A stretch of 62,891 nt of DNA, filler included, from Octopus bimaculoides (lineage: Eukaryota): assembly GCF_001194135.2 (NCBI RefSeq). It is 6 parts of 6 records of this genome, joined end to end, with 100 filler letters (N's around TTAATTAATTAA, not from the genome) between each part and the next. Parts side by side here need not be neighbours in the genome. Positions count along the whole stretch, not along the records: positions 1 to 16,245 come from NC_069000.1; positions 16,346 to 40,425 come from NC_068984.1; 4 more parts are not named here. The stretch is one strand, 5' to 3'. Position numbers and translations under genes: made by a program. Below the pieces are notes generated by a model. It saw nothing but the letters and a program-made list of their open reading frames with translations. It had not been told where the DNA came from and searched no databases. Below are positions 10,029-21,660 of the stretch, piece after piece; the first letter of the stretch is position 1, and the number at the start of each line of letters is the position of its first letter.

Positions 10029-10764
10029 TTAATAATAATAATGACATAATTTTACTTTATGTTTGTATGAGTGGGGTTCAAGTCTCACCCAGAGACCTTA
10101 AGGGACAGCAAGTTATTAGTACTGTGGGCATTATGTCTTAGGATGGTTGATAAGTGTCCTGTTTTTGGGGAAGAATGCAGTTCAGTGAGAAGGGTTTGTG
10201 TTTTGTGTACCTTGGTTTCGTATGTGCTATTGTTTTAGAAAATGTTCTGAAGACATCAAAAGTTCTTAGTTGTCAATCGTGTGTTTTTATATATTTTCAT
10301 GTCTTATTTTTCAGAGAACAATCAGAATGCTTTGAATCATTTTGGAAAGTTCCAGAAAGAAAAAAATAATTCCAGACTTTCAAGGAACCAAAAAGACAAT
10401 AAAAAAAATAATTACAAAAAAGAGCAGATTCATCTTATTCTGAAGAAAGGGATGAACATCACAACATTGTATCCTTATAAACCAGAAGGTTCTTTTGGTT
10501 ATTGCTAAAAAGACTATTTTTGGTTCCTGTCTTTTACCTCATCTGATATTTACAGTTCTGGTATAAGAATATCAATAGATATGTTATGATTGGTTGTAGT
10601 GAACTATTTTTCACTGAGAATGCTCAACAAATGTTTGTTTAGCTTATGAATTATTTTGGGCTATAACGTTAAGTCTTTAGAGTGAAAAATAAAGAAAAGG
10701 CCATCCTCTGATTGGCAGATGCATGTCAATTATTCGTTTATGATTATACCTTGTAGAAAGTCTT

Positions 10765-10811
10765 CCACTACAGAGTGTTCTGTTTCATGGACTGTGTCTC
10801 TCATCAGGCAG
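10765..10811 (-). ncRNA. Candidate type I hammerhead ribozyme (probably from a Penelope-like element end)
   Basis: Minus strand reads CUGC-CUGAUGA-GAGACACAGUCCAU-GAAA-CAGA-ACAC-UCUG-UA-GUGG. It has the full core, a perfect stem III, a GUA triplet, a weak stem I and an imperfect stem II. Confidence 0.55.
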
Positions 10812-11066
10812 TGTAAATGGCAGAGAATCTTTTTATAACCAGCAATGTAATGCTATCACATGTGTGAAACTGTCCTCGAACAGACAAATGTGCAGCAAAA
10901 CAGATACATTTTACAGCCAATCAAATGAAACTGTCTTTCAAAGAGAAAAAATTACCTCAAAACGCTCAGTATAGATTGAACTTACTAGGAGCATAAACAT
11001 GTGCCTAACAAAGAAAAGAAATTAGAAGGAAGAAAATTTCTGTTTTATTGAGGCTTCTCACACTTC

Positions 11067-11124
<58 letters not shown>

Positions 11125-11264
11125 CCTCATTACATCATTCTTTAATGTCCATTTTTTATTTTGGCATACCCATAGATATACACTGGAAAATCCATTTGAA
11201 GTAGATAACTGAGAATGTAATAATTTATATTATATTTTTTTTACTTGTGTTTGTTTACATCAAC

Positions 11265-11415
11265 TTCAGTGTGTAACTGGTATTTATTTAATCGACTCTA
11301 AAAGGATGAAAGGCAAAGTCAACCTCGGCGGAATTTGAACTCAGAACGTTGCAGCAAACAAAATACCGTTAAGCATTTCACCTGATGTGCTAACAATTCT
11401 GCCAGCTCTCCACCC
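11265..11415 (-). mobile_element. SINE family D
   Basis: AAGGATGAAAGGCAAAGTCAACCTCGGCGGAATTTGAACTCAGAACGTTGCAGC...TTCTGCCAGCTC. Confidence 0.85.
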
Positions 11416-11556
11416 TAATAATAACAATAATATTAATAATACAAAAGCAAAGAAATATTGAATAAATTTTCTTTTCCTTTCAATAATTTAAAAGAACCAA
11501 ACAATATCAATTGAACGTTTCAACAAATGATATCAGAGACAAAATTTTGAAACTAC

Positions 11557-11604
<48 letters not shown>

Positions 11605-11665
11605 CATTATTATTTTGGTGGTGTGAAGTCCCATTGATCATTACATCCATTGTGTTTCATTAACG

Positions 11666-12643
11666 ATGTTGTGTGAACAACTTTCCGGCGCTTCCGAGGC
11701 CACTTTTTTCACCCTCCTTCCCGTCAGTAATACTGTGACTGTATCGTCTTCCTCTCCTCCTCCTCCTCCTGCTTCCTCTTCCTTTCAGACCTTCTCTCCT
11801 TTCTCTCCAACTCCTTCTTTCTCTTCTCTCACTTCTTCTTTTCCTACATCTGCTGCTACTATTTCTTCTCCTTCTTTTCTGCCTTCGTCATCTTTAACTG
11901 TTCCGCCTGTCTCTGCCGATTCTGCCGCCAGTACGGCTGTTACTGTCCAAAATGATGTGTTTACTGATGCCCTCAGTTTGGCATTGGCCCTTCGCTCTGC
12001 TACAGAAGAAAACGGCAGTTGTGAGATTGGTGGAGGTGAAGGGGTCATCGTCAGTGAAGAAGTAGAAGACGCAAGCAGTGTGTTGCAGTATGTCTGCGAG
12101 CACTGTGGCAAACAGTTCCCAAATGACCACATCTTGTCCATCCATCGACGTGCCCACACCATCAATGGCACGAGACCTTATCAGTGCAAGTTCTGTGATA
12201 AAGCTTTCTCCGGCTCTCACAACCTGATCAAGCACATTCGTACACACACTGGTGAGAAGCCTTACGCATGCTGCATATGCAGTAAAGCATTTGCGGATGC
12301 CGGACAGCGGAAAGTGCACATGCGCACGCACACCGGTGAAAAGCCATTTGAATGTGAGCTCTGCGGTAAGATGTTCTCCCAGTCATGCAACTTGAGGTCG
12401 CACATGGCGACCCACTCTGGCATACGTCCTTATCACTGTCCTCATTGCTTGAAGGACTTTGCACGTGCCAGCACCTTGCTGCAGCATAAGTTTCACAACC
12501 AGGGACAAAACGGTTCTTTGGAGTGCCCGTTCTGTGACCAGGTCTTTGAGCACAAGTGTTCCTTAAGCGTTCATCTCCGCACACACCCCAGAGAATCCCG
12601 AAACAAGGACTCAAAGACAAAACAGAAGAATCTTGCCACTTAG
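11666..12643 (+). CDS. C2H2 zinc-finger transcription factor, 325 aa, six fingers
   Basis: Ser/Pro-rich N-terminus, then CEHC..HRRAH, CKFC..HIRTH, TGEKP, CCIC..HMRTH, TGEKP, CELC..HMATH, SGIRP, CPHC..HKFH, CPFC..HLRTH. There is an in-frame stop upstream at 11624-11626. The true 5' end could instead be spliced in at the strong acceptor CTTCCTCTTCCTTTCAG ending at 11788, which is in frame. Confidence 0.9.
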   Translation: MLCEQLSGASEATFFTLLPVSNTVTVSSSSPPPPPASSSFQTFSPFSPTPSFSSLTSSFPTSAATISSPSFLPSSSLTVPPVSADSAASTAVTVQNDVFTDALSLALALRSATEENGSCEIGGGEGVIVSEEVEDASSVLQYVCEHCGKQFPNDHILSIHRRAHTINGTRPYQCKFCDKAFSGSHNLIKHIRTHTGEKPYACCICSKAFADAGQRKVHMRTHTGEKPFECELCGKMFSQSCNLRSHMATHSGIRPYHCPHCLKDFARASTLLQHKFHNQGQNGSLECPFCDQVFEHKCSLSVHLRTHPRESRNKDSKTKQKNLAT

Positions 12644-13101
12644 GGAATTTGATACTGATATAAGTTTACCTCATATAGAGTGGGAGCCCAATGGCTGTGA
12701 GATGAAGGTGCTCATGGCTAAACTAGATGGTTGCAAATTCAGATGTTATGTTTTTATGGACATGACGGTCTATCTCTGAGCATGGCACCTGATTCTGATT
12801 GGCTCCAATTTGCCTGAATGGACAAAATAAGATTAAAAAAATAGGAACAAGAATCAAAAACACAAAACGCTGTTCACACTTCCTAGTTAAGTGGTTAGTT
12901 ATAAGGGGTGGGGCCAAAAAAAGGGGCCAACATTTAGCTCTATAGTTGCTTCAATGCAACAACCAACCAACCAACCATTCTGTCAACGGACGAAAAACTA
13001 AGATAAACACTGTATGAATGACTCAGTGGATAGGGTAGCAGATAACTGAAAGATTAGCGGTTCCAATCCAGTCACCAGCAAAACTTTGTGCCTATATTTC
13101 A

Positions 13102-13321
13102 CCCTTTAGTGTTCAGATCACTCTGTTGAATGTAATCCTTATTTATTCGCATTGTTTTGAATTAATCCTGGATTATCTTGTAGCTTTGTCATTTCGATGA
13201 TGCGATTGTTTATTCTTAGAATGGCATTGTAGGGTAGGTGTGACATGTCAGATCTGGCCACTTTGAACATAAAACAGGTTGAATATTTGGGCCGGACATG
13301 GCTGGTTTAAATGCTAAAGGG
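13102..13321. mobile_element. piggyBac-type MITE, 220 bp
   Basis: TIRs CCCTTTAGTGTT and AATGCTAAAGGG (10/12), flanked by TTCA and TCAA (decayed TTAA). Confidence 0.75.
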
Positions 13322-13739
13322 TCAAGACACTTAAATTCCAAATAGCTCAATGCATCTAGCCATTAAACGGTTCCACAGAATAGAATAAAATGGTTCTATT
13401 TTTTGGTTCCAAACTGTAGTAGTTTGCTGCTTTAAGTTCAGTTTCAGTTTCTTGTGTGGCTTCCTTCGGAAAAGCCTCAGCAATGTTTTAGTCTCTGACT
13501 AAAAGTTCATCAAAATCTTCTTGGACTTTTGTGCTTTTTTTCTTTGTGATTGTACAGAATTGTCTATGATATCTGGTTTCCATATGCAATGCTGTTTTCA
13601 TTTTTCCATTTTTATTTTACATTAATGTTCCCATTTGCCATTGGCATCTAAATGTGTTCTCTGTCTGGTTTTCTTGTTTTTAAATTCCTTTGTTTCTTAT
13701 CTGCCTTCTGTCTTGCCTTTTCTCAGCTCCCCCCCTTCA

Positions 13740-13740
13740 T

Positions 13741-13777
<37 letters not shown>

Positions 13778-13854
13778 CTGTTTCTATCTGTCTGTCTCTT
13801 ATCTTTCTATGTATGTATGTTTGTATCTATCTAACTCTTACTCTCTATGTTCTG

Positions 13855-13890
<36 letters not shown>

Positions 13891-13892
13891 TA

Positions 13893-13925
<33 letters not shown>

Positions 13926-13975
13926 CTATCTACCTTGTCTGCTTATCTATTTGTCTATCTACCTACCTACTAATC
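13740..13975. repeat. Compound (CT)n/(TATC)n microsatellite
   Basis: Direct inspection. Confidence 0.95.
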
Positions 13976-14297
13976 TATCTGTTTTTGTCTTTCTCAGTCT
14001 GTATGTCATTCTAGCTTTTTTTAATTATATTTTATAAATTAAAACAAGTTTCTTTTGTTATTTGTATTTATATTTGTTGTTTTTCTTTGTTTTGACTTCT
14101 CTTCCAATTCTGATTTCCAGATTCAGCAAAAATATTTTTGTTTCCAAAAAAAAATTCTCCAACTTTTTTGTTATTAAAAAGTAACATCAAAAACATTAAG
14201 GTGATTAATTTTGCAGATCCCCATGACCTAGGGGTTTCATGCAGGTGACACAGGCCCACCGTTGGACCAAGAGAGAGAGAGAGAAAGAATACACCTC

Positions 14298-14520
14298 AAC
14301 ATGCTCGCTGGCTCTGACCCTGCTAGAAATAACAACCAAATCTCCCTCAAATTACAGTCTGATGTGAACTAATTCAATGATGGAAAGACACATCGTATAA
14401 CAATGTAGTCGTAGAATATTCTATCAGGAAATAATACGGGTTGGTCATGGAGGAAAGTTCTTTGATATGGGCTGACTTGGTCCCAAACAACAATAGCAAC
14501 TGGTTCGTTTATCTCCTCCT
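14298..14520 (-). repeat. Interspersed repeat family F (unclassified; orientation arbitrary)
   Basis: The core GTGTGATTTGAGGGAGATTTGG.TG.TATTTCTAG recurs near 17210, 23690, 27490, 34150, 37420 and 61205. Confidence 0.7.
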
Positions 14521-14534
14521 CCTCATCATCATTA

Positions 14535-14716
14535 TCATCATCATCGTTTAGCGTCCGCTTTCCTTGATGTCATGGGTTGGACAGTTTGACATGGAACTGG
14601 CTAGCAGGAAGCTGTCCAAACTCCAGGTTTGCCTGTTATGTGTTTCTGTGGCTGGATGCCCTTCCTAATGCCAACTACTTAGCAGAGTGCGCTGGGTGCC
14701 TTTTACATGCCACCGG
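14535..14716 (-). mobile_element. SINE family E
   Basis: (CAT)n, CGTTTAGCGTCCGCTTTCC..GGCTGGATGCCCTTCCTAATGCCAAC..TTTTACATGCCACCGGCA. Confidence 0.8.
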
Positions 14717-14922
14717 CATCTCGGAAAATACAGAATTGTATTATCCAATCACTATGGAGCCGACTTAAGACATCAGCTGAGGTGGTTTAAGCCTTAACAA
14801 TTCACTCTGACACTGCTTATGGGCATAGCATAGTGAGTAAATGCATTGGTTTATGCAGTGCAGTCACCTAAGAGATTCTGAGTTCAATCCCAGACAAGGC
14901 GTTATGGTGGATCAGAAGACAC

Positions 14923-14970
14923 CTGAAGAAAGGTAGAACAACAGCCGAAACATTGCGAAAGCAATTATCA
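14923..14970 (+). ncRNA. Degenerate hammerhead-like motif
   Basis: CUGAAGA-AAGGUAGAACAACAGCC-GAAA-C-AUUGC-GAAA-GCAAU. The cleavage triplet and stem I are not intact. Confidence 0.3.
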
Positions 14971-15311
14971 AGAAGAGGACACCACTCTTAATAAGTAATA
15001 GCATCATCATCCTCATCGGCGTCAACATTTTTATTTCTTTTTTCGCTGCTGGCATGTGTTGGTTGAGTATTATATGGCCTGATGCTCTTCCAGTCACCAA
15101 CCTTTGTGGTTTCAAGTGAGGTTTTTTTTTATTTTTTATTTTGTTGCTCTTCACATGAAAAGGACAAAGCTGTGGGATGTAGAATTTAGCAGGGATGTAA
15201 ACAAAGGGATCCTTGTTCTGATTGTTTTGATGTAAAGAAACATGGAGGCTAAACACTGGTAGACAGATAGAAAAACAGATAGAGCATGAGATGGATATAT
15301 CTTGTGTGGCT

Positions 15312-15510
15312 AGGCGCAGGCATGGCTGTGTGGGAAGAAGCTTGCTTCTTAACCACATGGTTCCAGTTTCAGTCCTACTGTGTGGCATCTTGGGCAAGTG
15401 TCTTCTACTGTAGCCCCAGGCAGCCAACTGAAGTATTGTGAGTGGATTTGGTAGGCGGAAACTAAAAGAAGCCCGTTGTGTATATATGTATGTGTGTGTG
15501 TGTTTGCGTA
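15312..15510 (+). mobile_element. SINE family A 5' half
   Basis: AGGCGCAGGCATGGCTGTGTGGGAAGAAGC..TGGCATCTTGGGCAAGTGTCTTCTAC. Confidence 0.85.
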
Positions 15511-15844
15511 TTGTGAGACAGCAGCTTATGATTGTCTGTGGGGAAAGTAGGAATCCTTTAGATGTAATCCTGCCATCTTTAAAGTTTCTGGAATTTGTTG
15601 AAGGACTTGGCAAAACATAGTGACTGAGAACCACAGACTTTTAAAATAAATCAGGAAGAAGAAGGGAGTAGCAAGAAAGAGAGGAGGAATCTGTTAGTCT
15701 CGGGAGGCCACGAGTCTGTGCTTAGAAAGTCTGGTTTTGGTCTTGTTGGCAGAACTACATCTGTTGTAACTGTAGGGACCAGCATGTTAGTGTCTTGGCT
15801 GCAGTCGTTGCAAAATAAAGTGGAATGGCTGCAAATAAAGTGGA

Positions 15845-16040
15845 ATCGTTAGCATGCTGGGGCGAAATGCTTAGCAGCATTCCGTCTGTCTTTATATTCT
15901 GAGTTCAAATTCCACCGAGGTCAACTTTGCCTTTCATCCTTTCAGGGTCGATAAATTAAGTACCAGCTGCGTACTGGAGTCGATCTAATCAACTGGCGCC
16001 CCCTCCCACAAAATTTCTGGCCTTGTGCCTAGAGTAGAAA
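15845..16040 (+). mobile_element. SINE family D
   Basis: CGTTAGCATGCTGGGGCGAAATGCTTAGC..TTCTGAGTTCAAATTCCACCGAGGTCAACTTTGCCTTTCATCC. Confidence 0.85.
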
Positions 16041-17642
16041 GGGATATACTTTACTCTGTTACACTCGGCACCCAGATTTTTCCAGAAGACTTCTTCACAA
16101 TTGCAATTTAATAATTGCAGATAACAATATCAGGATTGCTTCAACCAAGAAACATTTTACACTGCCATTTTGTCAGTTCCATCATTTTAAATGAATTTTA
16201 ATCAAATTGGCACCATTTCGTTTTGTTGTTATTCTTTTCTGTTACNNNNNNNNNNNNNNNNNNNNNNNNNNNNNNNNNNNNNNNNNNNNTTAATTAATTA
16301 ANNNNNNNNNNNNNNNNNNNNNNNNNNNNNNNNNNNNNNNNNNNNGTATGTAATTTCGCTCTCTCGATAATTATTGATCCATCTCGATAGTCTGAATATA
16401 GAATACTTATGCTTTGTAAAATTTGTTTATTTTAAAATGAATTTGGAGGAAATTTTTAAGCATCAAAGAGGACTGACATAGACAGACCAAACATGATGTA
16501 TTTTGTCAACGGAGAGGTGGGGGGAATGAAGTGATGGGCTGGTTGGTAAAAGTACTTCACTTTCTAATACACTCTGCCTCTTCTTTCTCATTCACTTATT
16601 TCTTTCTCTCCCCACCCACTCTGTTTCTCTTTTGCTCTCTCTCTCTCTCTCTTCAGTAACTGTGTTCATCTTAGTTTATCTTTTCTTCTTGTAGGTGGCT
16701 GGGTATTGTTATTGTCGTGGTCGTCGTTTTTGTTGTTTAGTTCTGTTGGTTGTGCAGAGGTCTTTAGGTTGAAAATTGATTCATTGATTATTGTTGTTGT
16801 AGTTCATATTGCTGGCATTGTTGTTGTTGCTGCAATTGTTGTCAATATCGTTTAAGTTGCTGTGTTTGTTTTCTGACTGTAGACTTGGATGCAGCTGCTG
16901 TTTTTTTTGGCTGTTAATATTTTAGTCGTTGTTGTTGTTGTTGTTGTTAGTGGTGGTGGTGGTGTAACCCCAAGGTAGCTGTAATCAAGCAGTTCTATGA
17001 TACGTAACTCCTGTGTGCCAGTTGCACAGCCACAGTGAGGAGGCCTCAATGCGGTAGGGCGATTTGATAGAATTAGCAGCCTAATCTCCCTCAAACTCCA
17101 CTTTACTGTTATGGTTCTTGTTTTGCCACACGTCAGCCTCATTGAGTCTACCTATTGCCTAAAGCATTCCATCTGAGGCTTTCCCGGCGTGTCTTTTTCT
17201 TAGACATTAAAGTGTGATTTGGAGGCGATTTGGGCTGCTATTTCTTTCAGATCGAGCGAAATACACGTTAGTTAGTGCTGTTGGTGTGATGGTGCAGTTG
17301 GTGCGATGGTGTTGTTGGTGTTCTTAAGAGTACCAAAATAGCATACATCAGAGCTAGGAGAGAAAAAAAAGTTAAAGCCTGTAAGCTCTTGATCTGTTAC
17401 AAATAGCAACCAAAACCTTCTCAGATCAAATGCTGCAATTGGGTGACATTGGGTAACGTAGCTCTAGATAACCCTTCCCATATACTAATACAAAAGAAAA
17501 GATAGCCCTAACTGAATGTCTTAATATGTAGTCTGGTTAATCATAGTTAACCAAGAGCAAAACAATGAAATTATATGGCGCAGGTTAAGTTTGTAGTGTG
17601 ACTTTGGTGTTGACAGTATGTTGTTATTGTCAATTATGTTAG

Positions 17643-17845
17643 GGTAGCGAGCTGGCAGATCGTTAGCACGCCACACAAAATGCATAGCGGCAATTCGTCC
17701 GTCTTTGCAATTTGAGTTCAAATACCGCCGAGGCTGACATCGCTTTTCATTTTTTTCGGGGGTTGGTGAAGTACCAGTTGAATGCTGTAGTCGATGTAAC
17801 CGACTACACCCCCACCCCTATTTTTAGCCTTGTGCCTATAATAGA
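17643..17845 (+). mobile_element. SINE family D
   Basis: GGTAGCGAGCTGGCAGATCGTTAGCACGCC..GAGTTCAAATACCGCCGAGG. Confidence 0.8.
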
Positions 17846-18180
17846 AAGGATTGTTAGTTATGTTACTAACATGATATTGGAGTTGATGATATGACAGGGT
17901 GTATAACTCGGAAACCAGGGAGTTTCTCCAGGTCGAACTACAGCTTTAGTACTACGGACATGTGATAAGAATATTGCAGGAAAGAATTACAAGACATTAT
18001 TCAAACTGAGCAATTAGCAGGAAACCGAGGGGTAGACCAAGAATGAGATGATTGGGTAATACCTATAGTCTCAGTTGGTCACGCTTAGGAAGCCAGCTGG
18101 AAAGTGTAATAACGGTTGCTTCTGACAGGAACCTGTGGAAGAGGTGCCTGAGGACACTACCCCCACGATTCTCCTAGGTA

Positions 18181-18549
18181 TGTTGTTGGTACTCCGTCGC
18201 TTACGACGTCGAGGGTTCCAGTTGATCCGATCAACGGAACAGCCTGCTCGTGAAATTAACGTGCAAGTGGCTGAGCACTCCACAGACACGTGTACCCTTA
18301 ACGTAGTTCTCGGGGATAGTCAGCGTGACACAGTGTGACAAGGCTGACCCTTTGAATTACAGGTACAACAGAAACAGGAAGAAAGAGTGAGAGAAAGTTG
18401 TGGTGGAAGAGTACAGCAGGGTTTACCACCATCCCCTGCCGGAGCCTCGTGGAGCTTTAGGTGTTTTCGCTCAATAAACACTCACAGCGCCCGGTCTGGG
18501 AATCGAAACCGCGAGTCCGCTGCCCTAACCACTGGGCCATTGCACCTCC
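18181..18549 (-). mobile_element. tRNA-derived SINE family B, full length
   Basis: Reverse complement of the copy at 19296-20010. A-box-like TGGCCCAGTGGTTAG head and (CAA)n tail. Confidence 0.92.
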
Positions 18550-19295
18550 ACACTCCTAGGTATGGTGAGGGAAAAAGATGGATGGAGAGTATGATGTCAT
18601 CAGTTATGTTAGTGGTGTTATATTGCTTGATATCGTTGATGCTGTAGGTTATGTTAGTTGCATGATATTGGTACAATTGATAGCATAATGTTATTGTTGC
18701 TCATATTAATGGTATGATACTTTGATGTTGAACGTATGTTATAATTGGTTATGTTAGTAGCATGGTATTGGAGTTGTTGAGGTCACGCTGTTGTTTATAT
18801 TGATGGTATGATATTGTTGGTGGTTATGATAGTCGTATGATAAAGAAGTTGTCGATTATATATTCTTAGTTATGTCAGTGGTAGGATATTGATGGTGTTG
18901 ATGGCATATTCTCCTTGCTTATGATAGAGGTATGATACAGGTGTTGATGATAGCATGATATGATGCTAGTTATGTATATGGTTAAGCATTGCATTCATTA
19001 ATAGTATTATGTTGTTTAGCATTTCAATCGTATGACATTAGTGATGTTAGATTTAATGGTACTGTTGAGTATGTTTGTTGTGTGGTACAAGTGTTGTTGA
19101 TGGTTTGATGTTATGTGCAATGTTATTGGTCGTTAATTTTTCACTGTCAATGGATTGATACTGTTGGTTTTGTTAATATTTTATTTATATTATAGATGAT
19201 ATATTGTTGTTTTCATTGGCCATATGAATGGAAAGATATTGGAGTCTTTTGTTATGGTAGGATGTTGATGGTTATGTTAGTATTACAAGATTGGT

Positions 19296-20010
19296 GGAGG
19301 CGCAATGGCCCAGTAGTTAGGGCAGCGGACTCGCGGTCAAAGAATCGCGGTTTCGATTCCCAGACCGGGCGTTGTGAGTGTTTATTGAGCGAAAACACGA
19401 GGCTCCGACAGGGGAACTCCGATGGTGGCGAACTCTGCTGTACTCTTTCACCACAACTTTCTCTCACTCTTACTTCCTGTTTCTGTTGTGCCTGTAATTC
19501 AAAGGGTCAGCCTTGTCACACTGTGTCACGCTGAATATCCCTGAGAACTACGTTAAGAGTACACGTGTCTGTGGAGTGCTCAGCCACTTGCACGTTAATT
19601 TCACGAGCAGGCTGTTCCGTTGATCGGATCAACTGGAACCCTCGACGTCNNNNNNNNNNNNNNNNNNNNNNNNNNNNNNNNNNNNNNNNNNNNNNNNNNN
19701 NNNNNNNNNNNNNNNNNNNNNNNNNNNNNNNNNNNNNNNNNNNNNNNNNNNNNNNNNNNNNNNNNNNNNNNNNNNNNNNNNNNNNNNNNNNNNNNNNNNN
19801 NNNNNNNNNNNNNNNNNNNNNNNNNNNNNNNNNNNNNNNNNNNNNNNNNNNNNNNNNNNNNNNNNNNNNNNNNNNNNNNNNNNNNNNNNNNNNNNNNNNN
19901 NNNNNNNNNNNNNNNNNNNNNNNNNNNNNNNNNNNNNNNNNNNNNNNNNNNNNNNNNNNNNNNNNNNNNNNNNNNNNNNNNNNNGTAAGCGACGGAAGTG
20001 CCAACAACAA
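19296..20010 (+). mobile_element. tRNA-derived SINE family B (contains a 335-N gap)
   Basis: A-box TGGCCCAGTAG and B-box GTTTCGATTCC. The sequences either side of the gap (CCTCGACGTC|GTAAGCGACGG) are contiguous in the other copies. Confidence 0.92.
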
Positions 20011-20459
20011 GATTGGTGTTGATGGTTTAGTGTTGTAGTTGTTTGTGTTAGTGATATAATAACAATTTCGTAAATGGTATGATGTCATTGCCTATGTTAG
20101 AGTACATACATTGTTAATCGTATGATATTTACAATGCTAGCCTTGTGATATTGGTGTTATTGATGTTATTTTTGTTATTGTTAGTGGTATAATATTGCTG
20201 ATGATTATTCTAGTATTTTGATACTGATGTTGTTTAATAGCATATCGTTGATTAATTTAGTGATATGTTATTGATGGTGTCGATGGTACGATGTTTATTA
20301 TGTTGGTAGTATGATATTGTTGCTTTTGATGGTTATGTTAGTGGTGATATTGACTGATTTCCTTATGGTAGTTTTTTATATATTTCATTGATGTTTATGG
20401 TAGTTTTATGACAGTAGCCATGTATAATTGTATGATATTATTATTCCTATTATTAAGGT

Positions 20460-20600
20460 GACAAGTCGGCAGAATGGTCTTTATGTTCTTAGTTCAAGTT
20501 CCACCAAAGTTGACTTTGCCTTTCATCATTTTGGGGGTCAATAAATAAGTTCCAACTAGCCACCTCCCTGCAAAATTTCAAGCCTTGTACCTGTAGTACA
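20460..20600 (+). mobile_element. SINE family D
   Basis: GTTCAAGTTCCACCAAAGTTGACTTTGCCTTTCATC..GGGTCAATAAATAAG. Confidence 0.75.
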
Positions 20601-21660
20601 AAAAATTAATGTTCATATTATTTGTTTGATATTAGTGTTGTTCATTGTATGTTATTGATTATGTTTGTGGTATGATATCAGTCTTATTGATGGTGTGGTG
20701 TTATATTTTATATTAGTGTTATGATGCTGGTTTTTTTTTTATATGAATGCATGATGTTATTGTTTATGTTAATAGCATGGCATTTATGTTATTGATAGTA
20801 TAATGTTAATGATTATGTTAGTGGTACAATATTAATGTTATTGACAGTATGTTATTGATTATACAAATGGTGTGATAATAGTGTTGTTAATTGCATTATG
20901 GTCATAGTTATATTAGCCTTATATTGATGTGTTTTACAGTATGATGTTGATTAATTTAATGGTATTTTATTGGTGCTGTTGATGGTATGATGTTGGTTAT
21001 GTTGATGGCATGATGTTGTCTGTTATCATGGTGGTAAGATGATGGTGCTGTTGATGATGTGATGTTGTTAATAGTACATAGTCATTGTTGATTGTTATGT
21101 TAATGATATGATACTGTTACAGTTAGTAGTACAATGTTATTGTTTCCTATATTAAGGGTATTGATGTTAGTGTTGGTGTGATGCTCTTGTATGATATTAA
21201 TTTTATGAAAAATAATTTTGATTGTATTATTGATATAATATTAAACTGGTTGATACTATTGTGTTATTAGTATTATTATGTTCTTGGCTTACTGTTTAGC
21301 CCTAAGTAATCTCATACCAATCAGATCAAAGTCATACCAATTATGACCACCTATTTCTTTTTCTTTTGTTTTGTAGTGGCTCATAGGTTTTTCCTCATCA
21401 AAAATGACAAAGTAAGACTTGAATACCATTTAGCTGATATTTATAGGTAGCTGAGTGATTGCATAGAAGTTCTCTTGATTGTGATACAATTTAGAATTGT
21501 TGATGCTACAATATGTTCTTGGTTACATTAATGCTATGATAATGGTGTTGATGGTATTATGATCATGTATTATGATAAAAATATTGTTGATGGTATGATA
21601 TTGATGACTATGTTATCTGTATGATTGCATTTGGTTGTATAGTGTTGTTTCTTGGCCATA

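Noticed and set aside
10281-10508. Lys/Asn-rich ORF after a good acceptor (TCTTATTTTTCAG, ~10313)
   Set aside because: It ends in a stop, has no recognisable domain and reflects A-rich composition. It could be a UTR exon but is unsupported.
14912-15634. 240-aa minus-strand ORF
   Set aside because: It runs through an antisense SINE A and unrelated fragments; a chance open frame.
16246-16345. TTAATTAATTAA palindrome between 44-N runs, repeated at 40470, 51949, 58948 and 61135
   Set aside because: An identical 100-bp 44N+12+44N construct each time, with stops in all six frames: an artificial scaffold-join spacer. It also means segments either side may not be truly adjacent.
19650-19984. 335-N gap inside SINE B, suggesting an insertion
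   Set aside because: The flanks join perfectly (GACGTC|GTAAG), as in the copies at ~18200 and ~27145. Most likely an over-estimated gap. It cannot be assessed.
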